From assembly GCA_016191235.1 (NCBI GenBank), contig JACPOZ010000006.1, positions 122-64,121 of the forward strand: a DNA stretch of 64,000 nt, written 5' to 3'. Positions within the stretch are counted from its first letter, which is position 1. The number at the start of each line of letters is the position of its first letter. This document shows positions 53,464 through 62,775 of the stretch, in pieces. The DNA comes from Gammaproteobacteria bacterium (lineage in GTDB: Bacteria; Pseudomonadota; Gammaproteobacteria; Ga0077554; Ga007554). Both the position numbers and the translations under genes were made by a program. The notes beneath the pieces were generated by a model, which worked only from the letters and a program-made list of their open reading frames with translations, was not told the DNA's origin and searched no databases.

Positions 53464-53478
53464 CGCGAGGCTACGACC

Positions 53479-56304
53479 ATGAATTTCTCCCGATTCTTTA
53501 TCGACCGCCCGATTTTTGCGGCGGTGCTGTCCATCATGGTTTTCATGGCGGGTGCTCTGGCGATTCCGCAGCTGCCATTGAGCGAATATCCCGAGGTTGT
53601 TCCGCCCTCGGTGGTGGTGCGTGCCACCTACCCCGGCGCGAATCCCAAGGTGATCGCCGAGACCGTCGCTTCGCCGCTGGAGGAGCAGATCAACGGCGTG
53701 GAAAATATGCTGTACATGTCCTCTCAGGCCAACGCCGATGGCGTGATGATGCTGACAGTAACGTTCAAGCTCGGCACAGACATCGATACCGCGCAGGTGC
53801 AGGTGCAAAACCGTGTTTCACAGGCGCTCCCCAGGCTACCTGCGGAGGTGCGGCAGTTTGGCGTGACGACCGTCAAGAGTTCACCCGATCTCACCATGGT
53901 GGTACATCTGCTCTCGCCGGATGAGCGCTATGACGCGGTCTACTTGCGCAATTATGCGCTGCTCAACGTGAAGGACGCGCTGGCACGGGTATCGGGTGTG
54001 GGCCAAGTGCTTATATTTGGCGCGGGCGATTATTCGATGCGGGTATGGCTCGACCCACAAAAAGTGGCGGCGCGTAATCTCACCGCCAGCGATGTGGTAG
54101 CCGCAATCCGTGAGCAAAACCTGCAAGTGGCTGCCGGTGTAATCGGCGCCCCGCCCACCCCTCCGGGCGTGGATTTTCAGCTAAGCATCAACGCCGCAGG
54201 CAGACTCGTTACCGAGGAACAGTTCGGCGACATCATCATCAAGGCAACGCCTGATGGCGCCACCACCCGCTTGCGTGATGTGGCACGCATCGAGCTGGGC
54301 GCCAGCGGCTATGCCTTGCGCAGCCTGCTCAACAATAAATCCGCCGTGGCGATTCCCATTTTCCAGGCGCCGGGATCGAATGCGCTGGAGTTGTCCGATA
54401 ATGTGCGAAAAACGATGGCGGAGCTAAAGCGCGGATTTCCGCAGGGCGTCGATTACAAAATTGTTTACGACCCCACCGTGTTCGTGCGCGACTCGATCAA
54501 GGCGGTGGTGAAAACACTGCTGGAAGCCGTGGCGCTGGTGGTGCTGGTGGTGATCCTGTTTTTGCAGACGTGGCGCGCCTCGGTGATCCCGCTGATCGCC
54601 GTGCCGGTATCGATTATCGGCACGTTTGCGCTGCTGTGGGTGTTTGGCTTTTCGATCAACACCCTGACCCTGTTTGGCCTGGTGCTTGCCATCGGCATCG
54701 TGGTGGATGACGCCATCGTGGTGGTGGAGAACGTCGAGCGCAATATCGGGCTGGGATTGAACCCGCGCGATGCAACCTACAAGGCCATGCAGGAGGTCAG
54801 CGGCCCGATCATCGCCATCTCGCTGACCTTGTGTGCCGTGTTTGTTCCGCTGGCCTTTGTCAGCGGGTTGACGGGGCAGTTCTACAAACAGTTTTCCCTG
54901 ACTATAGCGATTGCAACGGTTATTTCCGCCTTTAACTCGCTCACCCTCAGCCCGGCATTGTGCGCGCTCTTGCTGAAATCGCACAAGGCGCCCAAGGATC
55001 GCCCGTCACGGCTGCTTGATTTTTTGTTCGGCTGGCTGTTCAGACTGTTCAACCGGACTTTCTCCAGCGCATCGAACGGCTACGTGCGCACCGTGGGCGG
55101 CGTCCTCCAGCACAAGACCATCGCCATGCTGGTGTACCTGATTCTGATCGGCGCAGCCTATGTGGTTTTTAACAAGGTGCCCGCAGGTTTTGTGCCCAGC
55201 CAGGACAAACAATATCTGGTGGGATTCGCGCAACTTCCCGATGGGGCTTCGCTGGAGCGTACCGAAGAAGTGATTCGCAAAATGTCGGACATAGGCCTTG
55301 CGCAACCCGGAGTGCGAGACTCTGTTGCCTTTCCGGGATTGTCGATCATTGGTTTTACCAACAGCCCCAGCGCGGGGGTGGTGTTTTTCGGGTTAAAGGA
55401 TTTTAGCGAGCGCCAGACACCCGACCTGTCAGGGTTCGCCATTGCCGGCGCCTTGAACCAGAAGCTCTCCAGCATCCAGGGCGCCTTCATTGCAGCGTTT
55501 CCACCCCCACCGGTGATGGGCCTGGGTTCGATCGGCGGCTTCAAGATGCAAATCGAAGATCGCGCCAACCTGGGTTATGAGGAGCTGTATGGCGCCACGC
55601 AGGGATTGCTGATGAAAGCCTATCAAACGCCAAGTCTGGCGGGCCTTTTTTCAAGTTTCCAGATCAACGTGCCGCAGATCGACGCGGACATCGATCGTAT
55701 CAAAGCCAAGCGCCAGGGCGTGGCGGTCACCGATGTTTTTGACACCATGCAGATTTACCTTGGATCGTTGTATGTGAACGATTTCAACCGCTTTGGCCGC
55801 ACCTATCAGGTTATCGCCCAGGCGGACGGGCCATTCCGCTCGCACGCCGAAGATATCGCCCAACTAAAGACGCGCGGCCTGTTGTCGGCTATCGTGGGTG
55901 TTTGGCTCATGGGTAAGGACAACAACATCTTTACGCAAATGGGCTTTGTGGTGCTGGTAGGCCTGGCGTGCAAAAACGCCATCCTCATTGTCGAGTTCGC
56001 CAAGGTGCTCGAAGACCAGGGCAGAGATGCAATGACCGCCGCCCGTGAAGCCTGCCGTCTGCGTCTGCGCCCCATCCTGATGACCTCGCTGGCCTTCATC
56101 ATGGGCGTGTTTCCACTGGTGATCTCAAGCGGAGCGGGTGCGGAAATTCGCCAGGCGATGGGTATTGCGGTATTCGCCGGCATGCTGGGCGTGACCTTCT
56201 TCGGCCTGTTGTTGACGCCGGTGTTCTATGTGCTGCTAAGAGGTTGGGGTAAACAGCGTGCCGTCACTGATGCGGCGGCTGCATCCACGGACTACCCCGG
56301 ATAG
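53479..56304 (+). CDS. RND efflux permease (MexF/OqxB-like) with apparent in-frame deletion near 55875
   Basis: FFIDRPIFA, GIVVDDAIVVVEN, KNAILIVEF and RLRPILMTS; only 941 aa, and LKTR joins directly to GLLSA. Confidence 0.85.
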   Translation: MNFSRFFIDRPIFAAVLSIMVFMAGALAIPQLPLSEYPEVVPPSVVVRATYPGANPKVIAETVASPLEEQINGVENMLYMSSQANADGVMMLTVTFKLGTDIDTAQVQVQNRVSQALPRLPAEVRQFGVTTVKSSPDLTMVVHLLSPDERYDAVYLRNYALLNVKDALARVSGVGQVLIFGAGDYSMRVWLDPQKVAARNLTASDVVAAIREQNLQVAAGVIGAPPTPPGVDFQLSINAAGRLVTEEQFGDIIIKATPDGATTRLRDVARIELGASGYALRSLLNNKSAVAIPIFQAPGSNALELSDNVRKTMAELKRGFPQGVDYKIVYDPTVFVRDSIKAVVKTLLEAVALVVLVVILFLQTWRASVIPLIAVPVSIIGTFALLWVFGFSINTLTLFGLVLAIGIVVDDAIVVVENVERNIGLGLNPRDATYKAMQEVSGPIIAISLTLCAVFVPLAFVSGLTGQFYKQFSLTIAIATVISAFNSLTLSPALCALLLKSHKAPKDRPSRLLDFLFGWLFRLFNRTFSSASNGYVRTVGGVLQHKTIAMLVYLILIGAAYVVFNKVPAGFVPSQDKQYLVGFAQLPDGASLERTEEVIRKMSDIGLAQPGVRDSVAFPGLSIIGFTNSPSAGVVFFGLKDFSERQTPDLSGFAIAGALNQKLSSIQGAFIAAFPPPPVMGLGSIGGFKMQIEDRANLGYEELYGATQGLLMKAYQTPSLAGLFSSFQINVPQIDADIDRIKAKRQGVAVTDVFDTMQIYLGSLYVNDFNRFGRTYQVIAQADGPFRSHAEDIAQLKTRGLLSAIVGVWLMGKDNNIFTQMGFVVLVGLACKNAILIVEFAKVLEDQGRDAMTAAREACRLRLRPILMTSLAFIMGVFPLVISSGAGAEIRQAMGIAVFAGMLGVTFFGLLLTPVFYVLLRGWGKQRAVTDAAAASTDYPG

Positions 56305-56325
56305 TCATGCTATTCCTGCTGGCCA

Positions 56326-56340
56326 TTCATAAAAACTGAA
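56326..56340. promoter_or_regulatory. LysR-type palindrome upstream of pirin
   Basis: TTCA-N7-TGAA (contains T-N11-A). Confidence 0.55.
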
Positions 56341-56420
56341 CAAGTAGCACAAAGTTATTTGCTATCAACCGCGAAGAGACTGGCTTACGATGGCTTTCTG
56401 CAACACTGGAGAAACTGTAC

Positions 56421-57119
56421 ATGATCATATTGCGTAAAAGCCAGGCGCGCGGCCATGCCAACCACGGCTGGCTGGACAGCTACCACACATTTTCCTTTGC
56501 CGGCTATTACGATCCCGCGCATATGGGGTTTTCCAGCCTGCGCGTGATTAACGACGACCGCATCGCGCCCGGTGCGGGTTTCGGCACGCACGGACACAAC
56601 GACATGGAGATCATTACCTATGTGCTGGACGGCGCATTGGAACACAAGGACAGTATGGGCAATGGCTCAGTGATCTTTCCCGGCGACGTGCAGCGCATGA
56701 GTGCCGGTACCGGCATCACCCACAGCGAATATAATGCATCGAAAACAGAGCCGGCGCATTTACTGCAAATCTGGATTCTCCCGAATCAGACCGGCGTTAC
56801 ACCCAGTTACGAACAGACGCATTTTAGCGAGGCCGACAAACGCGGGCGGTTACGCCTGATTGCATCGCCGGACGGGCGCGATGGCTCAGTCAAGATATAT
56901 CAGGACGCCTCTGTTTACGCGACCGTGCTCTCTGCTGGCGAATCCGTCAGTCATGCCTTGATGGCGGGCCGAAAGGCGTATGTGCATGTTGCACGTGGTG
57001 AGGCGCAGTTCAACGGCCAGCCGCTGGCCGCTGGCGATGGCGCACGCGTGATTGATGAGCACAGCATAAGCTTCACCACCGGCAGCAAGGCAGAGATATT
57101 GCTGTTTGATCTTGATTGA
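56421..57119 (+). CDS. Pirin family protein (YhhW/YhaK-like)
   Basis: [20 protein letters not shown] and HSE. Confidence 0.95.
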   Translation: MIILRKSQARGHANHGWLDSYHTFSFAGYYDPAHMGFSSLRVINDDRIAPGAGFGTHGHNDMEIITYVLDGALEHKDSMGNGSVIFPGDVQRMSAGTGITHSEYNASKTEPAHLLQIWILPNQTGVTPSYEQTHFSEADKRGRLRLIASPDGRDGSVKIYQDASVYATVLSAGESVSHALMAGRKAYVHVARGEAQFNGQPLAAGDGARVIDEHSISFTTGSKAEILLFDLD

Positions 57120-57148
57120 TAACCCAACACACTAAGGGAGTATTGGAC

Positions 57149-57778
57149 ATGGCCAAGTTGTTGTATATCGAAGCATCACCCAGGAAAGAACGTTCCGCCT
57201 CCATCGAAGTGAGCAAGGTATTTCTGGATGCTTACACGAAATCGCACCCCAACGACCAGATAGAGAAGCTTGATCTGTGGAATATTGCATTGCCGGAGTT
57301 CAACGGCGCGGTGCTCGATGCAAAATACGCCGTGCTGCATGGCGAATCGCACACGCCAGAGCAGGCCAAGGCTTGGAGTGACGTGGTCAATATGTTTGAG
57401 CAATTTAAATCTGCCGACAAATATCTGATCAGCCTGCCGATGTGGAACTTTGGCATCCCCTATAAGCTCAAACACTACATCGACGTAATTAGCCAGCCGG
57501 GGCTGGCCTTTAGTTTTTCGCCTACGGAAGGGTACAAGGGGTTGGTGACAGGCAAGCCAATAGCGGTAATTTATGCGCGAGGCGGCGAATATCATGATGG
57601 TTCCGGCGCGGCCGCCTACGACCTGCAAAAGCGTTATATGGAGCTGTGGCTGGCGTTTATCGGCTTTACCAGCATCCGCTCGATTCTCGTGGAGCCGATG
57701 CTCTACGCGCCCGAGGTGGTGGCGAGCGCCAAGACCATCGCCAAAGAAATGGCCACGACCATAGCAACACATTTTTGA
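57149..57778 (+). CDS. azoR: FMN-dependent NADH-azoreductase
   Basis: ASPR, PMWNFGIP...LKHYID and ARGG. Confidence 0.9.
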   Translation: MAKLLYIEASPRKERSASIEVSKVFLDAYTKSHPNDQIEKLDLWNIALPEFNGAVLDAKYAVLHGESHTPEQAKAWSDVVNMFEQFKSADKYLISLPMWNFGIPYKLKHYIDVISQPGLAFSFSPTEGYKGLVTGKPIAVIYARGGEYHDGSGAAAYDLQKRYMELWLAFIGFTSIRSILVEPMLYAPEVVASAKTIAKEMATTIATHF

Positions 57779-57788
57779 AAGAGTAATC

Positions 57789-58394
57789 ATGCACAACAAA
57801 ATCGCAAAAACCCAGGTACCCATCCACGAGCTTATCGCCATGCGCTGGAGCGGGCGCGCCTTTGACGCCAGCAAGCCAGTAACTCGCGAGGGTATTGTCG
57901 CCCTGGTCGAAGCCGCGCGCTGGGCGCCTTCCTGCTATGGCGATGAGCCATGGCGCTTTATCGTCTGGGATAAAAACACCGATGCCGCCGCATGGCAGAA
58001 GGCATTTGATTGCCTGGGCGAGTTCAACCAGCAGTGGGTGAAAAACGCCCCCGTACTGCTGCTGGCTACCGCCAACAGTGTATTCCACAAAAACGGAAAA
58101 CCAAACCGCTGGGGTCAGTACGACACTGGTGCGGCCAGTGAAAACCTGTGCCTGCAAGCAGCAGCGTCAGGTCTGATGGCGCACCAGATGGGTGGCTTTG
58201 ATGCCGACAAGGTGCGAAAAGCATTCGGTATTCCGTTACAATATGAATGCATGGCAATGATTGCGGTGGGCCATCCGTCTACGGTTGACGTATTGGACGG
58301 CGAGCTTAAAGAGCGCGAACTCGCCGAACGGGTGCGCAGCCCATTGGGCGAACGTTTTTTTGATGGTGGCTGGGGAATCCCCATCAAGGCATAA
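57789..58394 (+). CDS. Nitroreductase family protein
   Basis: RWSGRAF, AARWAPS, YDTGAA and HQMGGFD. Confidence 0.93.
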   Translation: MHNKIAKTQVPIHELIAMRWSGRAFDASKPVTREGIVALVEAARWAPSCYGDEPWRFIVWDKNTDAAAWQKAFDCLGEFNQQWVKNAPVLLLATANSVFHKNGKPNRWGQYDTGAASENLCLQAAASGLMAHQMGGFDADKVRKAFGIPLQYECMAMIAVGHPSTVDVLDGELKERELAERVRSPLGERFFDGGWGIPIKA

Positions 58395-58408
58395 CTAAGG
58401 TATTTTAT

Positions 58409-59065
58409 ATGATGAAGTGGCGTTGCACGGTGGCGCTTGGTGTGTTGTCTACCTCTGTTGCGGCAGGCGCAGCACCGCTGACGGTGATGGTAGGTAATTT
58501 TGCGTCGGGCGACAAATCCGGCTGGGAGGAGCAGGAATTCAAGGGAAAGGTGAATTATTCGGTTGTAAAGGTAGGCAATGGCGCGCACGCGCTGGAAGCG
58601 CGCAGCTCTGGAACAGCCTCCGGCCTGCACAAGAAAGTCTCTGTGGACCTGGAGAAAACACCCTATATCAACTGGACATGGCGTGTTACCAATACCCTCA
58701 AGGGTGTCGACGAAACCACCAAAAAAGGCGACGACTATCCGGCGCGGATTTATGTGATTCTCTCCGGCGGCCTGCTTTTCTGGAAGACCCAGGCATTGAA
58801 TTACGTCTGGTCCAGCACCGAGCGGCCTGCGGACGCCTCTTGGCCGAACGCCTACACATCAAGCGTGGTCATGCTTGCTGTTGATTCAGGAAACAGCAAA
58901 GCCGGCACCTGGGTAACCCATAAGCGCAACCTGCGCGAAGACCTGAAACGCCAGCTCGGGAAGGACGTTAAACATGTCGACGCCATAGCCGTAATGTCTG
59001 ACACCGACAACTCCGGCCAAAGCACCACCGCCTACTATGGCAATATATTCATGTCGAGCGAGTAA
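58409..59065 (+). CDS. DUF3047 family exported protein
   Basis: GDDYPARIYV, LNYVW and MSDTDN; signal peptide. Confidence 0.85.
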   Translation: MMKWRCTVALGVLSTSVAAGAAPLTVMVGNFASGDKSGWEEQEFKGKVNYSVVKVGNGAHALEARSSGTASGLHKKVSVDLEKTPYINWTWRVTNTLKGVDETTKKGDDYPARIYVILSGGLLFWKTQALNYVWSSTERPADASWPNAYTSSVVMLAVDSGNSKAGTWVTHKRNLREDLKRQLGKDVKHVDAIAVMSDTDNSGQSTTAYYGNIFMSSE

Positions 59066-59241
59066 TTGTACTGTGTCACAAAGCGAGCAAGGGAAGAGCG
59101 CAAGCGAAGGGTTCCCGGTGCAAGGCCCCATGTATATAAGGGGCGGGCGAAAGAGCGGAGCATATATGAAGTATGTGAGCATTTTGAGCCAGATTTTAAC
59201 GCCGCAATGCGCCTGTAGTGCTTTGTGACACAGTACAATTA
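59063..59241. mobile_element. MITE sharing the core of the 50979/60401 family but with different termini
   Basis: 22-bp perfect inverted repeat TAATTGTACTGTGTCACAAAGC; core CAAGGGAAGAGCGCAAGCGAAGGGTTCCC...GCGGAGCATA...TATGTGAGCATTTTGAG...AACGCCGCAATGCGCC. Confidence 0.85.
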
Positions 59242-59256
59242 AGAGCCTACCTGTGA

Positions 59257-60339
59257 ATGGATAGGCCGATGAAGGTTCATTTCATATTCCCCCTGGCGAA
59301 AGCCAACTGGCCTCTTGTTCAGTTATTGCAGAAAGCAATTCCCGGCGCCTCATTTGATTGTGGTGGCCTGTCTGGGCTACGATATCAAAACCGTATTCAG
59401 TTGGCCCTTAAACTGCCCAAGTTAATATGGTTTGCATTCCGGAGCGGACTAAGAGTTGCCCGGAGTGATGTACGGCCTGACCTTATTTGTGTCAGCTCCG
59501 ATATGGAGCTGATCGGGCTTGTCATGGCCCGGCTCATATCCCGAAAACGGTTTCCTATAGCCTTAATGGGATTTATATACACCACACGTGAGTCAGCCGT
59601 TATAAATGCGCTACGACGGAGCTATTTTCGGGCGGTGTTATCGCAAACTTTGGGGGTGATATGCTTTTCGAAATTCGAGCAGCAGTACTATTCTGAGCTT
59701 TTTGGTTTAGCGAACACCACGTTTATCTCGACGCTGTTTGGTGGTGTCTTTAACAAGCCGGATGATCTGGAACCAGGCAATTCCGGATACGTGTTATCGG
59801 CAGGCCGTTCAGGGCGAGATTACAAGCGGCTTTGTGAAGCGGTCTCGCAGCTTCCGGTGCAAGCACACATCATATGCGATTCCGCCTTCGCACTTCAGGA
59901 TGCACAGCATTCTGCAAATGTAACGATACTCCGGCAATGCTATGGGCGTGAATACATTAAGCAACTCGCTGGCGCGGACATTGTGGTGTTGCCACTTAAA
60001 AATGAAAAGATATCTTCCGGCCAGATGGTGCTTCTCGATGCAATGGCATTAGGCAAGCCAGTCATTATTACGAAAACGGCTACAAGTGTGGAGTATGGCG
60101 AACACATGAAGACCCTGTACTTTATAGAGCCTGATTCGGTTGATGAATTGCGTTCCGCTATCAATTTCCTTATGGACGATCCAGGCCTGCGATCAAGCAT
60201 AGGGAGTGCGGCCAAAGCACATTATGAGGCGCATCACTCGATCCGGCCTTTCGTTAACGGCCTGGTTAACGTAATTGAACAGATTGTGGTTAAGAATCAA
60301 AAAGCGGCGCCGGGACTCGGGTCAGCCCATGGCTCGTAG
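59257..60339 (+). CDS. GT-B (family 4-like) glycosyltransferase
   Basis: SAGRSGRDY and SGQMVLLDAMALGKPVI; AT-richer than neighbours. Confidence 0.85.
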   Translation: MDRPMKVHFIFPLAKANWPLVQLLQKAIPGASFDCGGLSGLRYQNRIQLALKLPKLIWFAFRSGLRVARSDVRPDLICVSSDMELIGLVMARLISRKRFPIALMGFIYTTRESAVINALRRSYFRAVLSQTLGVICFSKFEQQYYSELFGLANTTFISTLFGGVFNKPDDLEPGNSGYVLSAGRSGRDYKRLCEAVSQLPVQAHIICDSAFALQDAQHSANVTILRQCYGREYIKQLAGADIVVLPLKNEKISSGQMVLLDAMALGKPVIITKTATSVEYGEHMKTLYFIEPDSVDELRSAINFLMDDPGLRSSIGSAAKAHYEAHHSIRPFVNGLVNVIEQIVVKNQKAAPGLGSAHGS

Positions 60340-60400
60340 CGTGCAGGTAGAATGACGTGGTTGTAAAAGATATGGCAAACTTCTGACAAAGCAGGGCGCC

Positions 60401-60591
60401 TTAGAACCTGTTCACGATCTCGGCAAGGGAAGAGCGGAGCGAAGGGTTCAGCGAAGCGAAGGGTTCCCGGTACAAGGCAAAATCGAACGAAAAAGCGGAG
60501 CATACATGAAATAGTGAGCATTTTGAGTTCGCCCCACCCTATCAGGGTAACGCCGCAATGCGCCCTTCAGCGAGATATTGACAGGTTCTTA
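60401..60591. mobile_element. MITE with TTA target duplication, slightly degenerate
   Basis: TTA-GAACCTGTTCACGATCTCG ... CGAGATATTGACAGGTTC-TTA; core homologous to 50979-51154. Confidence 0.85.
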
Positions 60592-60669
60592 ATAAATTCG
60601 TGTGCTGGCCGATAGAAATAAGGCCATATCATCCTGTATTCTAAACCCTCAAACCAAGGAGAACCGTTC

Positions 60670-61074
60670 ATGGAAAAACTTCGCCGCATCGCTCGACCCA
60701 TTAGCCACTTTGTAATTCTCGCCTTTCTCTGGCTTGGCGTTCAGCTTCCCGCTGCCCATGCGGGCATCGTGGGCACCGAGACCCTGGTCAGCTCGGAACA
60801 GGCACAGCAGGATCGTGCGCATATTCTGAAGCTGCTGGAAAGAAAGGACGTTCAGGAGCAGTTGGTGGCTTATGGTGTTGATGCTGAACAGGCCAAGGCC
60901 CGCGTGAATAGCCTCACCGATGCCGAGATGCGCAGCCTGGCGGGCCAGATGGATCAATTGCCCGCAGGTGGCGATAGCGTGGTGGGAATACTTTTCGCTA
61001 TCTTCATCATTCTGCTGATCACAGACATTTTGGGCCTGACCAACATCTTCCCGTTTGTTAAACACAGACGTTAA
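60670..61074 (+). CDS. PA2779-family protein
   Basis: AHAGIVGT, ARVNSLTDAE, LPAGG and LLITDILG. Confidence 0.85.
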   Translation: MEKLRRIARPISHFVILAFLWLGVQLPAAHAGIVGTETLVSSEQAQQDRAHILKLLERKDVQEQLVAYGVDAEQAKARVNSLTDAEMRSLAGQMDQLPAGGDSVVGILFAIFIILLITDILGLTNIFPFVKHRR

Positions 61075-61087
61075 ACCCACTCTCGCC

Positions 61088-62047
61088 ATGCCGATCAAAC
61101 GGCCGCCCGGTGCGATCCGGGCGGCTTTTTGGCTGATGGTTGTGCTGCTCGTTACGGGCTGCGGCGCGCCCCTGCAAATCGACCACCTGCTGAAATCGCC
61201 CGATGCCATCGGGCCGCCGGTGGAGCTGACTGCCGTCCCCTTTTTTCCACAGGAAGATTTTCAGTGTGGCCCGGCTGCGTTGGCCACGGTGCTGAACTGG
61301 TCGGGCACCGTCGTCACCCCCGAGGCGCTGGCGCCCCAGGTGTACCTGCCGGAGCGGCAGGGCAGCCTGCAAATGGAGCTGCTCGCCGCTACCCGTCGCG
61401 CCGGGCGTATTCCGTATCTCATCCAGCCCAGGCTTGAGACGCTGCTCGCCGAAGTCCGGGCGGGCAATCCGGTGCTGGTTTTACAGAATCTGGGATTAAG
61501 CTGGTATGCCAAATGGCATTACGCAGTGGTGGTGGGGTTTGACCTCCGCCAGGACTTGGTGATCCTGCGCTCGGGCCGCGAACGGCGGCATGTCGTGCCG
61601 TTCAAGCTGTTCGAGCGCACCTGGAGGCGCAGCGATTATTGGGCAATGGTTGCCTTGCCCCCAGATCGCCTGCCTGCAAGCGCGGAGGAGATGCCTTATC
61701 TGCGGGTTGTTGCCGGGCTGGAGCGGCTACAACGCTGGCAAGAGGCCAAGACCGCCTATGCCAGCGCATTGACGCGCTGGCCAGGCAGCACGGCGGCACG
61801 CATGGGATTGGGCAACAGCCTGTATGCGATGAAAGACCTGTCCGGCGCGGAACAGGCCTACCGTCAAGTTACTCTGGACGCCCCCACCCTGGCGCCCGCC
61901 TTCAATAATCTGGCGCAGGTGCTCGCCGAACAGGGCCGTCTGCAGGAAGCCGAACAAGCCGCACGGCGCGCCGTGAACCTGGGCGGTCCGCTTCTGGCAA
62001 GTTATGAGGAAACGCTGCAACAGATACTCGCCAGGCGGCTTCATTAA
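61088..62047 (+). CDS. PA2778-family C39-like peptidase/TPR lipoprotein
   Basis: Lipobox VTGC, QCGPAALA, WHYAVVVGFD and C-terminal TPRs. Confidence 0.88.
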   Translation: MPIKRPPGAIRAAFWLMVVLLVTGCGAPLQIDHLLKSPDAIGPPVELTAVPFFPQEDFQCGPAALATVLNWSGTVVTPEALAPQVYLPERQGSLQMELLAATRRAGRIPYLIQPRLETLLAEVRAGNPVLVLQNLGLSWYAKWHYAVVVGFDLRQDLVILRSGRERRHVVPFKLFERTWRRSDYWAMVALPPDRLPASAEEMPYLRVVAGLERLQRWQEAKTAYASALTRWPGSTAARMGLGNSLYAMKDLSGAEQAYRQVTLDAPTLAPAFNNLAQVLAEQGRLQEAEQAARRAVNLGGPLLASYEETLQQILARRLH

Positions 62048-62139
62048 TCCTAAAAACGGTAGTTGACCGCTTTTTTGAGCGGTTAGCGATAGGTTTTAAA
62101 TGGACCTTATTATGTTTTGCAAACTCACCTTGTGAAAAT

Positions 62140-62739
62140 ATGAGCCTGCGCCATAGCTATACCCTGTTCGCTCCGTTTTACGATCTTATGATCAGCGCCG
62201 CAACGCGCCCGGCGCGTGTAGCCAGCTTACGCGCCCTGGGCGATGTCACCGGGCAGACCATCCTCGTCGACGGCATCGGCACTGGCCTGGATATCCCTTT
62301 GCTGCCATCGGGGGCCGAATATCTTGGGTTGGACTACACGCCTGCCATGCTACGCCGCGCTCGTAAACAGTGTGCCGGCAAAAATGTCGCGCTGCATGCA
62401 GGTAATGCCATGGCGTTGCCTTATGCCGATAACACCTGCGACGCTGTCATCATGCACCTTATCCTGGCCGTAGTGCCAAAACCACAGCGCGCATTGGCGG
62501 AGGCGGCGCGTGTGCTCAAGCCGGGCGGCATTATACTCATCCTCGACAAGTTCCTGCGTCCCGGCCAGGCCGCGCCGCTGCGGCGCTTGATCAGCCCCCT
62601 GCTGGGCCAGCTCGCCACGCGCACCGATGTGGTATTTGAAGACCTGCTGGCGGGGTGCCCCCAATTGGCGGTGGTCAGCGACACGCCGGCGATGGCGCAG
62701 GGCTGGTTCAGGTGCATTCTTTTGCGAAAAACCGAATGA
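62140..62739 (+). CDS. Class I SAM-dependent methyltransferase (PmtA-like)
   Basis: APFYD, DGIGTGLD and RVLKPGG. Confidence 0.85.
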   Translation: MSLRHSYTLFAPFYDLMISAATRPARVASLRALGDVTGQTILVDGIGTGLDIPLLPSGAEYLGLDYTPAMLRRARKQCAGKNVALHAGNAMALPYADNTCDAVIMHLILAVVPKPQRALAEAARVLKPGGIILILDKFLRPGQAAPLRRLISPLLGQLATRTDVVFEDLLAGCPQLAVVSDTPAMAQGWFRCILLRKTE

Positions 62740-62775
62740 AGCCCAATTAACTGAGTTCTTACGCCCATGACGCCA

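Noticed and set aside
62140-62739. Methyltransferase as the Mod partner of the type III Res gene
   Set aside because: Small-molecule/lipid-type class I enzyme with no DPPY motif, and convergent with res
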